A stretch of DNA of 20,763 nucleotides, taken from assembly GCA_963934255.1 (NCBI GenBank), contig CAWVXU010000045.1, forward strand, positions 1-20,763. The letters run 5' to 3'. Source of the DNA: an uncultured Fibrobacterales bacterium. GTDB lineage: Bacteria > Fibrobacterota > Fibrobacteria > Fibrobacterales > CAWVXU01. Below are positions 8,614 to 17,501 of this stretch, piece after piece. Both the position numbers and the translations under genes were made by a program. Below the pieces are notes generated by a model. That model was not told the DNA's origin, did no database searches, and saw nothing but the letters and a program-made list of their open reading frames with translations. Every line of letters starts with the position of its first letter. The first letter of the stretch is position 1.

Positions 8614-8645
8614 AAGCTCTTTCATTTGGAAAGGGCTTTTTTTTT
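8614..8645 (+). terminator. Intrinsic terminator of the GH18 lipoprotein gene
   Basis: AAGCTCTTTC-atttg-GAAAGGGCTT plus T tract. Confidence 0.85.
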
Positions 8646-8682
8646 GTTGAAATTGAAAATTTGGTAGATATAGATTGGGAAT

Positions 8683-8715
8683 AAAAAAAGCCGCACAAAG
8701 AATTGAGCAGCTTTT
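8683..8715 (-). terminator. Intrinsic terminator downstream of map
   Basis: Minus strand AAAAGCTGCTCAA-ttct-TTGTGCGGCTTTTTTT. Confidence 0.7.
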
Positions 8716-8761
8716 AAAATTTGTGTATAAGGTATCTATTAAAAATGATTGATCGACGGCA

Positions 8762-9520
8762 TTATTTATCTAAGAGTGTAAATATCTCTAAGCCATTGTC
8801 AGTAAATCCCATGGTATGTTCAAATTGAGCAGATATTTCGCCATCAGCAGTCACTACAGTCCATTCGTCTTCAAGAGTGATGACTTTGTGAGTGCCTGCA
8901 TTAATCATAGGTTCGATAGTAAAACAATGTCCAGGTTTAATTAAATCGCCTTTTTGTCCACTACGGTAATGAAGTACATGAGGATCTTCATGGAATCCAC
9001 GTCCAATACCATGCCCACAATAGTCTTGAACCACTGAGTAACCTAATTCATCAGCTAGGCCTTGAATTGCGTTGCCAATATCCCCATAGTAACCACCATT
9101 TTCAATGGCACGAATACCTTCCCACATACAGTCAAATGCTGCCTTGGTAATGTCTCGCGCTTCTTCACTACAATTGCCTACCAAATAGGTACGTGACGTA
9201 TCCCCATGGTAACCTTTGAGTTTTGAAGTGACATCAATATTAATGATGTCGCCTTCTTTCAAGACATAGTCATCCGGGATGCCGTGAGTCACAACTTCAT
9301 TGACTGAAGTACAGACTGACTTGGGGAATCCGTGATAATTAAGTGGAGCAGGTATAGCATTGTTTTTGATTGTGTAATCATAAACAAATTGATCAATTTC
9401 ATTCAAACTGACACCCGGTTTGACCATTTCACCAGCAAGTTTGAGGGTGGTTGCCCCCAAAACACCAGCATCACGCATCATTTGGAGCTCTTTTTTTGTT
9501 TTAATTTTGATCCTAGACAT
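8762..9520 (-). CDS. map: Methionine aminopeptidase type I
   Basis: YHGFPKSVCTSVNEVVTHGIP, GYHGDTSRT, GHGIGRGFHEDP, TIEPMIN, SAQFEHT. Confidence 0.97.
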   Translation of the reverse strand: MSRIKIKTKKELQMMRDAGVLGATTLKLAGEMVKPGVSLNEIDQFVYDYTIKNNAIPAPLNYHGFPKSVCTSVNEVVTHGIPDDYVLKEGDIINIDVTSKLKGYHGDTSRTYLVGNCSEEARDITKAAFDCMWEGIRAIENGGYYGDIGNAIQGLADELGYSVVQDYCGHGIGRGFHEDPHVLHYRSGQKGDLIKPGHCFTIEPMINAGTHKVITLEDEWTVVTADGEISAQFEHTMGFTDNGLEIFTLLDK

Positions 9521-9528
9521 TGTTTCCC

Positions 9529-11211
9529 TTATCTACGCTTGTTGTGGTTGCGTTTTTTAAATGGTTTTTGATCTGAGGCATAGTCATCTGATGATGCTAC
9601 AACAACCACTTCTTCTTCTTGATCTTTGTGCGAATTCATATAGTATTGGTTAATCAACAAAGCAAGTAGCTTCTCTTGATCTTCTTCTACTATTTTTTTT
9701 GCAAATTTTTCAAATCTTGGAACTTGATTTTGTAGTGCAATCTTAAGCCCTTTATGGTCTTTTTCAAGCATATTCAAAATATGGTTCTCAACTTTAGTTT
9801 GAACTTCAGTAGGGTCAAGTGGTTTTAGTTTCTCAAAACGGATCTCAAATTGGCGGGCCGTCTTCTTAAGAGCTAGCTCTTCCACAGGAGATACAACTGA
9901 GATTGCTTTACCTGAACGTCCAGCACGGGCAGTACGACCTGCTCTATGGATGTATACTTCAGAATCTTCAGGATGGTCATGTAAAATGACGTGCGTCACA
10001 TGAGAAATATCAATACCACGTGCAGCAACATCGGTTGCGATTAAGATTTTTAAGCTTTGTTTTCTAAAGCGAAGCAAAGTTTTTTGTCTTTGGCTCTGAC
10101 TCACATCGCCACTCAGGACGCCTGGGTCAAATCCGAATTTTCGTAAATAATCAGCTAAGTACTCAACATCGCGCTTCATGTTACAGAAAATGATAGCAGA
10201 CTCTGGTACTTCAAACTCTAGGAGTGAGACGATTGTTTTGTCTTTATCCATTGGGTCACAAACCATGTAGCTATGAGCTAATGAATCAACTGAAATTTTG
10301 TCAAAGCTTAATGATAAAAACCCAGCGTTGTTTGCTTGGAATTCACGAGACAGAGTTTTGATTGACTCATTAAAAGTCGCACTAAACATGGTAGTACAGA
10401 ATTGCTTAGGAAGGTACTTGCGAATTTTTTTAAGATCTTCGTAGAATCCCATGCTCAGCATTTCATCAGCTTCATCTAGAACCAAATCACGTAGTGATAA
10501 GAAGTCTAGATTGCGTTGTTCAAGATGATCCATAAGACGACCAGGAGTCGCAATCACAATATGCACGCCTTCATTAAATGCTTTAATCTGAGGTTCGTAT
10601 TTAACACCACCAAAAACAGCAACACTTTTGACGCCACGATTACCCTGGATGCGATCACATTCAGTTTTGATTTGAAGTGCAAGTTCACGAGTAGGAGCTA
10701 GGATAAGCGCCTGTGGAAAATTGTGTTCTACTTCTACGATTTGAAGCAATGGAATGAGGAATGCGCCTGTTTTGCCTGAGCCTGTTTTACTCTGGATTAA
10801 CATGTCGCGCCCCGCATTCATGTAAGGGATCGTCTTTGTTTGAACAGGTAAGAGCTTTGACCAACCAGCGCCCACAAGAGCACTTTTGGTGATGTCATCT
10901 AATGATTCAAACTCTACACCTGGTAGTGGGTTTTCTGGCTCGATAATTTCCAGTGGTGCTTCCATTTGCTCAGTAAGATCTTCTGGCGGCTCTTCGATAG
11001 CGGCAATTTCAGAAGGTTTTTCTTCAGAAGTTGGAGCGACTACTTCAGCTTCAGCTGATTTCACTTCTTCTTCAGTTTCTTTATCAGCGACTGCAACCGG
11101 TGATTCTTCATTCACTTCTTGGGCAGTTTCAACAGAGGTTTCTAATGTTGAATTGACTTCTTGTTCAGACTCGATTTTTGAATCTTGTTCAGACATATTA
11201 TGCTTTCTCAT
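9529..11211 (-). CDS. DEAD-box ATP-dependent RNA helicase (alternative start 11196)
   Basis: Q motif, KTGSGKT, PTRELA, TPGRL, DEAD, SAT, ARGID, HRAGRTAR; acidic N-terminal extension. Confidence 0.95.
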   Translation of the reverse strand: MRKHNMSEQDSKIESEQEVNSTLETSVETAQEVNEESPVAVADKETEEEVKSAEAEVVAPTSEEKPSEIAAIEEPPEDLTEQMEAPLEIIEPENPLPGVEFESLDDITKSALVGAGWSKLLPVQTKTIPYMNAGRDMLIQSKTGSGKTGAFLIPLLQIVEVEHNFPQALILAPTRELALQIKTECDRIQGNRGVKSVAVFGGVKYEPQIKAFNEGVHIVIATPGRLMDHLEQRNLDFLSLRDLVLDEADEMLSMGFYEDLKKIRKYLPKQFCTTMFSATFNESIKTLSREFQANNAGFLSLSFDKISVDSLAHSYMVCDPMDKDKTIVSLLEFEVPESAIIFCNMKRDVEYLADYLRKFGFDPGVLSGDVSQSQRQKTLLRFRKQSLKILIATDVAARGIDISHVTHVILHDHPEDSEVYIHRAGRTARAGRSGKAISVVSPVEELALKKTARQFEIRFEKLKPLDPTEVQTKVENHILNMLEKDHKGLKIALQNQVPRFEKFAKKIVEEDQEKLLALLINQYYMNSHKDQEEEVVVVASSDDYASDQKPFKKRNHNKRR

Positions 11212-11266
11212 TTTAACTAGTCTTAAATATAGAAAAAGCTCGTATCAATGTACTCAAGCTTGTGGA

Positions 11267-12106
11267 TTAAGGCGCGGTATTTACTCGGATTTGATGCGCA
11301 CAAACAGCAAATGCATTACTGACATTTAAACTTGTCTTTCGACCATACATGGGAATCTGGATAAATTCCTCACACGCTTCGAGTAACTCTTCTGAAATAC
11401 CAAACTCTTCGTTGCCTAAAAGTAGGATTCCCTGCTGAGGGAAATGAGCTTCGTGAAGGCAGGGTGCATCAGGTGCGGTCTCAAGAGCCCATAACTTATA
11501 AAGATTGCCTTCACCAGATTGACCAGTAGATTTCTCGGCTGAGTTGGGTTTCTTTAAATCTTTGATTTCAGATAATACGGCATCAGTTGATTCAAAATAC
11601 CGAATCTTCATCCAAGCCTCACTCCCCATGGAAGCAGCCTTTAAGGATTTGTTAGCAGCATCAGCTGTGTATCCTGAAATCCAAACTTCACAAAGTCCAA
11701 AACAATCAGCACTTCTGATGATTGACCCGACATTATGAGCAGACCTAAGGTTGTGACACCAAACTATCCATGGGATTCGATCTGCCTTGTCCTCGATATC
11801 ATCCGTAAAATTCATCACTGAATAGACGCGTTCCTCAAGCCCGAGTCCCGAAATCTTACGCCAAAATTCGTAGGCTAAGACAAGCTCGCGGCTCCACAGA
11901 GTCTCTGGCGCTACTTTGGGGAGAATGGGTTTTGAATCTTCTGAGGTATCTAGACTAGAGAACCAGAACGCAAGTTGGTGATACTCGCGAAGCTTCACCT
12001 TCCAATCTTTACCAGGTTGTAACAAAAGTTCACGCAACATGTCAGAGCACTTTTTAGCGCGAGTGCTTCGTTTGAGTTGTGTGAATTTTTCTAGGGTAAA
12101 TGCCAT
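11267..12106 (-). CDS. SpoU/TrmH-family RNA 2'-O-methyltransferase with N-terminal extension
   Basis: NLRSAHNVGSIIRSAD, LLLGNEEFGIS, IPMYGRKTSLNVSNA SPOUT motifs. Confidence 0.9.
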   Translation of the reverse strand: MAFTLEKFTQLKRSTRAKKCSDMLRELLLQPGKDWKVKLREYHQLAFWFSSLDTSEDSKPILPKVAPETLWSRELVLAYEFWRKISGLGLEERVYSVMNFTDDIEDKADRIPWIVWCHNLRSAHNVGSIIRSADCFGLCEVWISGYTADAANKSLKAASMGSEAWMKIRYFESTDAVLSEIKDLKKPNSAEKSTGQSGEGNLYKLWALETAPDAPCLHEAHFPQQGILLLGNEEFGISEELLEACEEFIQIPMYGRKTSLNVSNAFAVCAHQIRVNTAP

Positions 12107-12129
12107 AAGTAAAAGCTGCAGTATTCAAA

Positions 12130-14181
12130 TTAATGAATACTCGCTCCTTCAGGTGCTTGACAAGTCACTTCAGCCCAACCAAATTTAAGAACTTGACCAT
12201 CAGCTACAACTTTACCTTCAACGACAGATACGGGCGTCTTGTCAAAATCTTTAATAGAAGCCTTTGCTTTGGGTTGACGTGGTAATTCACCGAAATGTAA
12301 TTCTGCACCGACTTCAAGCTCACCTACATCAAGTAGTAAGGCCTTATCGTCAGCACCATCTCCTGCAAGTAACATTCCTTTACTTTCAAGACCGCGAAGT
12401 TTTGAAGGTTTGAGATTCGCAAAAAGGACCACTTTCCGGTCAGTCAGTTCAGAGGCTGAATATGATGATTTGAGCCCAGCGCAAACTTGTCTAAGGCCTT
12501 GGCCATCATTGACTTGAAGCACAAACAAAGAGTCAGCTTCTGGGTGATCAGCGACTTCAACAATTTGAGCTACTCGCATATCTAATTTTGATAAGGCGTG
12601 TAAGTCTTGTTGAACTTGTTTGGTCTTTTGAGGCTGGCCTTCACCTTTTTTAGGTTTTTCAATGAGCTCAATTCTTGGGAAAAGAGCTTGGCCTTCACCG
12701 AGTGTTAAACCACTAGATAGCATGCCCCATGTTGGTTCATCTTCGTGATTAATCAGACCCAGCATGTCAAGTCCTTGTTTGGATTTGTCAGGCATTACAG
12801 GTCCAAGTAATTTAAGCGCCACTGCCATTGCTTCTGCTGAGACGACAAGTGTACGAGTCAAGTCAGGGCGATCGTTTTCCTCTTTGACTAATTTCCATGG
12901 GGCTTTCACTTCAAGGTATTTGTTCACAGCGCGAACTAGCACAAAAATTTCTTCGATAGCTTGAGAAAGTTTTAACTCAAGTACGAGAGCTTTAGTGTTT
13001 TTGATGACACGTTCACCCAGTATTTTTAAATCATTCTCTTCTTCACCTAGCTCAGGGCATTCAGGGATGATATTATCAAAATTTTTGGATAAAAGCTTGT
13101 GTACTCGATTCAGCCCATTTCCTAAGTCGTTGGCAAGTTCACTATTGATACGACGTTCAAATGCTTCATCTGTAAATGATGCATCATTGCCAAGTACCAT
13201 ATCCCGAATGACATAGTATCTAAAACTATCGACACCAAACTTATCCATGTATGGAATAGGGTCAATAGCAGTGCCACCCGATTTGGACATTTTGGCTCCA
13301 CCATTCATCCACCATCCATGCGCTAGAATGTGTTTTGGTAAAGGAATTTCAAGAGCCATCAACATGGTGATCCAATAAACAGAGTGTGTTGTCAGGATGT
13401 CTTTTCCAATAAGATGGAAATTGGCTGGCCACATATCGGTGCCGTCTTTGAACTTGCGACCTTTGACACCTGAATAATAATTGAGCAGCGCATCAAACCA
13501 AACATAAGTGACATAATCCTCATCAAATGGAAGTGGGATGCCCCATTCAAGGCGAGACTTAGGGCGGCTAATACAAAGGTCACGAAGGTTGTTTTTTAAG
13601 AAACCTAAGACTTCATTGGCGCGAAACTCAGGGACAATAAATCCTGGATTGTTTTCAATATGGGCAATCAATTGTTTCTGGTAAGAGCCCATTTTGAAGA
13701 AGTAATTTTTTTCTTCAAGCCATTCTACTTCACGACCACTAATGGGATCTTTGCCATCGACTAATTCTTCTTCTCCAAAGAAACGTTCTTCACCTACAGA
13801 ATACCACCCCGCATAAAGCTCAGAATAAATAAGATCTTGATCGTATAATTTCTGGAGTTGTTCTTTTACGCAGGCTTTATGGTCTTCCTGAGTGGTACGA
13901 ATAAAGAAATCATAATCAATATTCATCTTAGTCCATAAGTCTTTGAACCTGACATTGTATTCATCTACATGAGTCTGAGGATCTACTTCTCTTTTAGTGG
14001 CGGCTTGTTGAACTTTTTGACCATGTTCATCAGTTCCAGTCATTAAAAATACGTCATATCCATAAAGTTTATGGTATCTTGAAATAACGTCAGCAAGAGT
14101 GGTAGTATATGCATGTCCAATGTGTGGAATGTCATTGACGTAGTATAATGGGGTCGTTAAATAAAAATTTTTATCGATCAT
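12130..14181 (-). CDS. metG: Methionine--tRNA ligase with C-terminal tRNA-binding (Trbp111/EMAP-like) domain
   Basis: TTPLYYVN, HIGH, GTDEHGQK, YVWFDAL, IGKDI, KMSKS; C-terminal HPEADSL...NLKPSKLRGLESKGMLLA. Confidence 0.97.
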   Translation of the reverse strand: MIDKNFYLTTPLYYVNDIPHIGHAYTTTLADVISRYHKLYGYDVFLMTGTDEHGQKVQQAATKREVDPQTHVDEYNVRFKDLWTKMNIDYDFFIRTTQEDHKACVKEQLQKLYDQDLIYSELYAGWYSVGEERFFGEEELVDGKDPISGREVEWLEEKNYFFKMGSYQKQLIAHIENNPGFIVPEFRANEVLGFLKNNLRDLCISRPKSRLEWGIPLPFDEDYVTYVWFDALLNYYSGVKGRKFKDGTDMWPANFHLIGKDILTTHSVYWITMLMALEIPLPKHILAHGWWMNGGAKMSKSGGTAIDPIPYMDKFGVDSFRYYVIRDMVLGNDASFTDEAFERRINSELANDLGNGLNRVHKLLSKNFDNIIPECPELGEEENDLKILGERVIKNTKALVLELKLSQAIEEIFVLVRAVNKYLEVKAPWKLVKEENDRPDLTRTLVVSAEAMAVALKLLGPVMPDKSKQGLDMLGLINHEDEPTWGMLSSGLTLGEGQALFPRIELIEKPKKGEGQPQKTKQVQQDLHALSKLDMRVAQIVEVADHPEADSLFVLQVNDGQGLRQVCAGLKSSYSASELTDRKVVLFANLKPSKLRGLESKGMLLAGDGADDKALLLDVGELEVGAELHFGELPRQPKAKASIKDFDKTPVSVVEGKVVADGQVLKFGWAEVTCQAPEGASIH

Positions 14182-14227
14182 GATATTTCCAGTGGTTTTC
14201 TTTGACCCAAAAATAGAAATTAATAGT

Positions 14228-14563
14228 ATGGAACGAGTTTACATTGCAAGTGATCCTTCAGAAGTTGTTATCGTACAATCGAGACTTAACTCTGCAGGTA
14301 TAGAATCAAAAGTGGTTGGAGACGACCTTTTTAATCTTCGAGGGGCCCTTCCTATCGAAGATAGTACTCTTCCCACCATTTTTGTGGATGTTAAGGATCT
14401 ACCTCAAGCTCAAAAGGTGATTGAAGCTTATGAAGAGTTTAAGATCAAAATGAATCAAGAAGGTGGCTTTGGAGAAGACTGGGTCTGTTCAAAGTGTTCT
14501 GAAACACTAGAAGCTCAATTTGCAACTTGTTGGAGTTGTGGTACTTCTAGAAATACCGAATAA
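14228..14563 (+). CDS. DUF2007 (PII-like) protein with C-terminal RanBP2-like zinc ribbon
   Basis: MERVY...SRLNSAGIESKV...; WVCSKCSE...FATCWSCG. Start moved to ATG 14228 to avoid overlap with metG. Confidence 0.8.
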   Translation: MERVYIASDPSEVVIVQSRLNSAGIESKVVGDDLFNLRGALPIEDSTLPTIFVDVKDLPQAQKVIEAYEEFKIKMNQEGGFGEDWVCSKCSETLEAQFATCWSCGTSRNTE

Positions 14564-14589
14564 TAAGTTAGCTGCAGGCGATCTTTAGA

Positions 14590-16047
14590 TTAGAGTTCAA
14601 TTTCATGGTCTTGAAGTTTTCGCCAAAGGGTGGAACGACTGATCCCTAACTTTTTTGAGACTTCAGTTTGATTGTTGCCAAGCTTTTTAAGTGTATCGAT
14701 GATGTGAAGCTTTTCGATCTCAGATAGTGTCAAAACATCTGATTCGAGTGTCGCCTCTAAGGTTTGTTCGAGTTGGCCACCTGAGATGTTTGAGGTTCTC
14801 ATATGAGGTTCATCGCTTTGATCATTGTCAAGCTCAATCCTAATTTCTCCACTCAAAGCTTGGTTTTCATAGTTAGGCAGCGCCTTTTGACCTGGATGTG
14901 CAGTCATTCGTTCGGGTAAATCTTCTAGGCGAATTTGGTGTTCTTCAGCCATTACGACAGCGTGTTCAATCGCGTTGGATAATTCACGAATATTACCCGG
15001 ATAGTTGTAGTCAGTCAGGGCAAATTGAGCAGCATTATCAATTCCAGAAATTTCACGTTCATGATCTTGATTGTTTTTTAACACGAAAAATTTCACCAAA
15101 TTAGGAATCGTTTGCTTTCTTTCTCGCAGTGGTGGAAGGTGAACTTGAAATGTATTGAGGCGGTAGAAAAGGTCTTCTCTAAAATCCCCTTTTTCTATGG
15201 CTTGACTCATATTTACATTTGTCGCGGCGATGATTCGAACATTAATATGCTTGCTCTCTGTGTCCCCAACACGGCGGATTTCACGATTCTCCAAAAAGCG
15301 AAGTAATTTCACTTGAGTTTGAGGGGGGAGTTCACCCACTTCATCTAAGAATAAAGTACCGCGATCAGCCTCTTCAAAGAGTCCTTTTTTATCGGCAATT
15401 GCTCCAGTATAGGCACCTTTTTTAGATCCAAAAAGTTCACTTTCGACGATGTTTTCTGGAATGGCTCCACAATTTACTGCGATAAATGGTTCTTCGGCTC
15501 GTTTGGATAATCTGTGAATAATATTGGAAACAAACTCTTTTCCGGTACCTGATTCACCTGTGATGAGTAGGGTCGAGGAGGTCGGAGCTACTTTATAGAG
15601 AGTCTTAAGAATTTTTTTCATGGCAGGTGTTTGCCCGAGTAAATCTTCTAATACATGGTCTTCCATCAAGCGATAGTTTTGGCGAGATTGAGATCTTGTG
15701 ATTGCTTTTTTGGCCGTATCTTCTAAAAGTTTTGGCCCAATTGGTTTCATTAAATAACTATGTGCACCCTTAGAAAGGGATTTCTCAGCTTCTCCTAGAG
15801 ATTTGGAATCGCAAAGGACGATGATTTCAACACCTGGTGAACAATCTTTAAAATGAGAAATAGTGTCAAATCCATCCACGGTAATGAATTCAGTTGCTAA
15901 GAAAATACAGTCAAAGGGACCCTTTTCTGCCGATGAAATCACCTCTTTGTCATTGGTGGTAGATATAATAACAACTTCGTTCAAACTCCAATCATTGAGG
16001 ATTTGATCGGCAAAGCGAGTGTCTGGATCAGCTAATAGAATTGACAT
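14590..16047 (-). CDS. Sigma54-dependent enhancer-binding protein (NtrC-like architecture) with atypical receiver domain
   Basis: Walker A GESGTGKE, NCGAIP, ESELFG..KGAYTGA, Walker B LFLDEVGE, FREDLFYRL, PGNIREL, Fis-type HTH LGISRSTLWRKL; AAGGGG RBS. Confidence 0.95.
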   Translation of the reverse strand: MSILLADPDTRFADQILNDWSLNEVVIISTTNDKEVISSAEKGPFDCIFLATEFITVDGFDTISHFKDCSPGVEIIVLCDSKSLGEAEKSLSKGAHSYLMKPIGPKLLEDTAKKAITRSQSRQNYRLMEDHVLEDLLGQTPAMKKILKTLYKVAPTSSTLLITGESGTGKEFVSNIIHRLSKRAEEPFIAVNCGAIPENIVESELFGSKKGAYTGAIADKKGLFEEADRGTLFLDEVGELPPQTQVKLLRFLENREIRRVGDTESKHINVRIIAATNVNMSQAIEKGDFREDLFYRLNTFQVHLPPLRERKQTIPNLVKFFVLKNNQDHEREISGIDNAAQFALTDYNYPGNIRELSNAIEHAVVMAEEHQIRLEDLPERMTAHPGQKALPNYENQALSGEIRIELDNDQSDEPHMRTSNISGGQLEQTLEATLESDVLTLSEIEKLHIIDTLKKLGNNQTEVSKKLGISRSTLWRKLQDHEIEL

Positions 16048-16101
16048 AGAGTCCCCTTATCGATTGAGAAACCGTTGTTTCAATGAGTTTGGCATCAGTA
16101 T

Positions 16102-16164
16102 TGTTTAAAATTGAAACACATCCGCTCATATAAATATACAACGAAAACGTTCTAATATGAAACA
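16102..16164. promoter_or_regulatory. Two 17-bp palindromic boxes around a putative sigma70 promoter of the bEBP gene
   Basis: Minus strand TGTTTCAATTTTAAACA (16102-16118) and TGTTTCATATTAGAACG (16148-16164); TTCATA-N17-TATATT at 16161-16133. Confidence 0.6.
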
Positions 16165-16185
16165 ATTTAGATGTGAGGGGAGGAC

Positions 16186-16207
16186 TACTCCATCAATTGA
16201 TGGAGTA
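16186..16207. repeat. Perfect 22-bp palindrome between dnaJ and the bEBP gene
   Basis: TACTCCATCAATTGATGGAGTA, extendable by GGA/TCC; no U tract on either side. Confidence 0.8.
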
Positions 16208-16258
16208 TCCAACACTAGATAATGTGGAAAATGATTTATGAGTGTCTCAAGCCCGAGT

Positions 16259-17377
16259 TTAGCTAAAAAGATCCTTGAAGCTATCAAAGAAAGATTTTTC
16301 TCTTGCAGAGTCTTCTTCAGATTGGACTTCAGCTAACTGAACAATGAGGTCTTTTTCCTCAGAGCTTAATTTTTCAGGTACAAGGACATTGATTTTGACA
16401 TACAATGACCCTTTGTATTGACTGTGATTTACTTCAGGCAGGCCTTTGTCGCGAATTCGGAATTTCTGCGCAGGTTGTGTCCCGGCAGCAATTTTAATTT
16501 CGACTTCATCAAAAAGAGTGGGTATGCGTTGTTTGCCGCCGAGTACTAATTTGTGGTAAGGTACTTTGACTTCACAATGAAGATCAGCTCCATCACGAAC
16601 ATAGAAGCCGTCTTCTTTTTCGTGAATGACTGCAATGATGTCACCTGAAGCTCCGCCCATGCGACCGGCATCACCTTCGCCGCGTAGAGTCAGGTAATTA
16701 CCTTCAGCAACTCCAGGAGGGACTTTAATTGAAATCGTAGATTCTTCTCTTACTCGGCCTTCGCCTGCACAACTTCCACAACGATCTTTAATGCTATTAC
16801 CTGAGCCTTGACATGTTGGACAGGTAGTAACATTGACCATTTGACCAAATAAAGATTGAGTCATTTGGCGTACTTGACCTTGACCAGCACAAGTTGAACA
16901 AGTGCTTTTCCCAGTGCCGCCGGCACCAGCACATGAACCACATGAACGATGGCGTTTGATTTTAATCTTCTTAGTAATGCCTTCGGCAATTTCTTTGAGA
17001 TCAAGAGTTAAGCGAACTTGTAGGTCTTTACCTGGAGGAGGTCCAGATGGTCCACGTTGACGTCTGCCACCACCAAAAATATCTCCAAATTGAGAAAAGA
17101 TATCATCCATAGAGCCGCCACCAAAGCCGCCTCCACCGCCACCACCAAATCCACCTGGAGCATCATGCCCAAAACGGTCGTAGTTAGCTTTTTTAGAATC
17201 ATCACTCAATATATCATAAGCTTCAGCTGCTTCTTTGAAGCGTTCTTCAGCTGCATCATCACCAGGGTTTTTATCTGGATGATTTTTGATAGCAAGCTTT
17301 TTGTAAGCTCGTTTAAGTTCTGCTTTATCAGCATCTTTGCTGACACCAAGTATATCGTAAAAATCGCGTTTAGACAT
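16259..17377 (-). CDS. dnaJ: Chaperone DnaJ (class A)
   Basis: J domain with HPD, G/F-rich region, four CxxCxGxG repeats, C-terminal domain. Confidence 0.97.
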   Translation of the reverse strand: MSKRDFYDILGVSKDADKAELKRAYKKLAIKNHPDKNPGDDAAEERFKEAAEAYDILSDDSKKANYDRFGHDAPGGFGGGGGGGFGGGSMDDIFSQFGDIFGGGRRQRGPSGPPPGKDLQVRLTLDLKEIAEGITKKIKIKRHRSCGSCAGAGGTGKSTCSTCAGQGQVRQMTQSLFGQMVNVTTCPTCQGSGNSIKDRCGSCAGEGRVREESTISIKVPPGVAEGNYLTLRGEGDAGRMGGASGDIIAVIHEKEDGFYVRDGADLHCEVKVPYHKLVLGGKQRIPTLFDEVEIKIAAGTQPAQKFRIRDKGLPEVNHSQYKGSLYVKINVLVPEKLSSEEKDLIVQLAEVQSEEDSAREKSFFDSFKDLFS

Positions 17378-17453
17378 TTATATCCTCTTAAATTCTTTTT
17401 TAGAAAACATCCTAAAATCCACTCAGGCTCATCTAAGCTGTTTTACAAAAAAG

Positions 17454-17488
17454 AAAAAAATCTGCCTCAGGAAACCCTGAGGCAGATT
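17454..17488 (-). terminator. Intrinsic terminator between dnaK and dnaJ
   Basis: 13-bp perfect stem AATCTGCCTCAGG/CCTGAGGCAGATT with a long T tract on the minus strand. Confidence 0.9.
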
Positions 17489-17501
17489 AATTTTAGAAAA
17501 A

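Noticed and set aside
16195..16240. Fluoride riboswitch-like TGATGGAGT
   Set aside because: Remaining consensus elements are absent and no fluoride-related gene follows.
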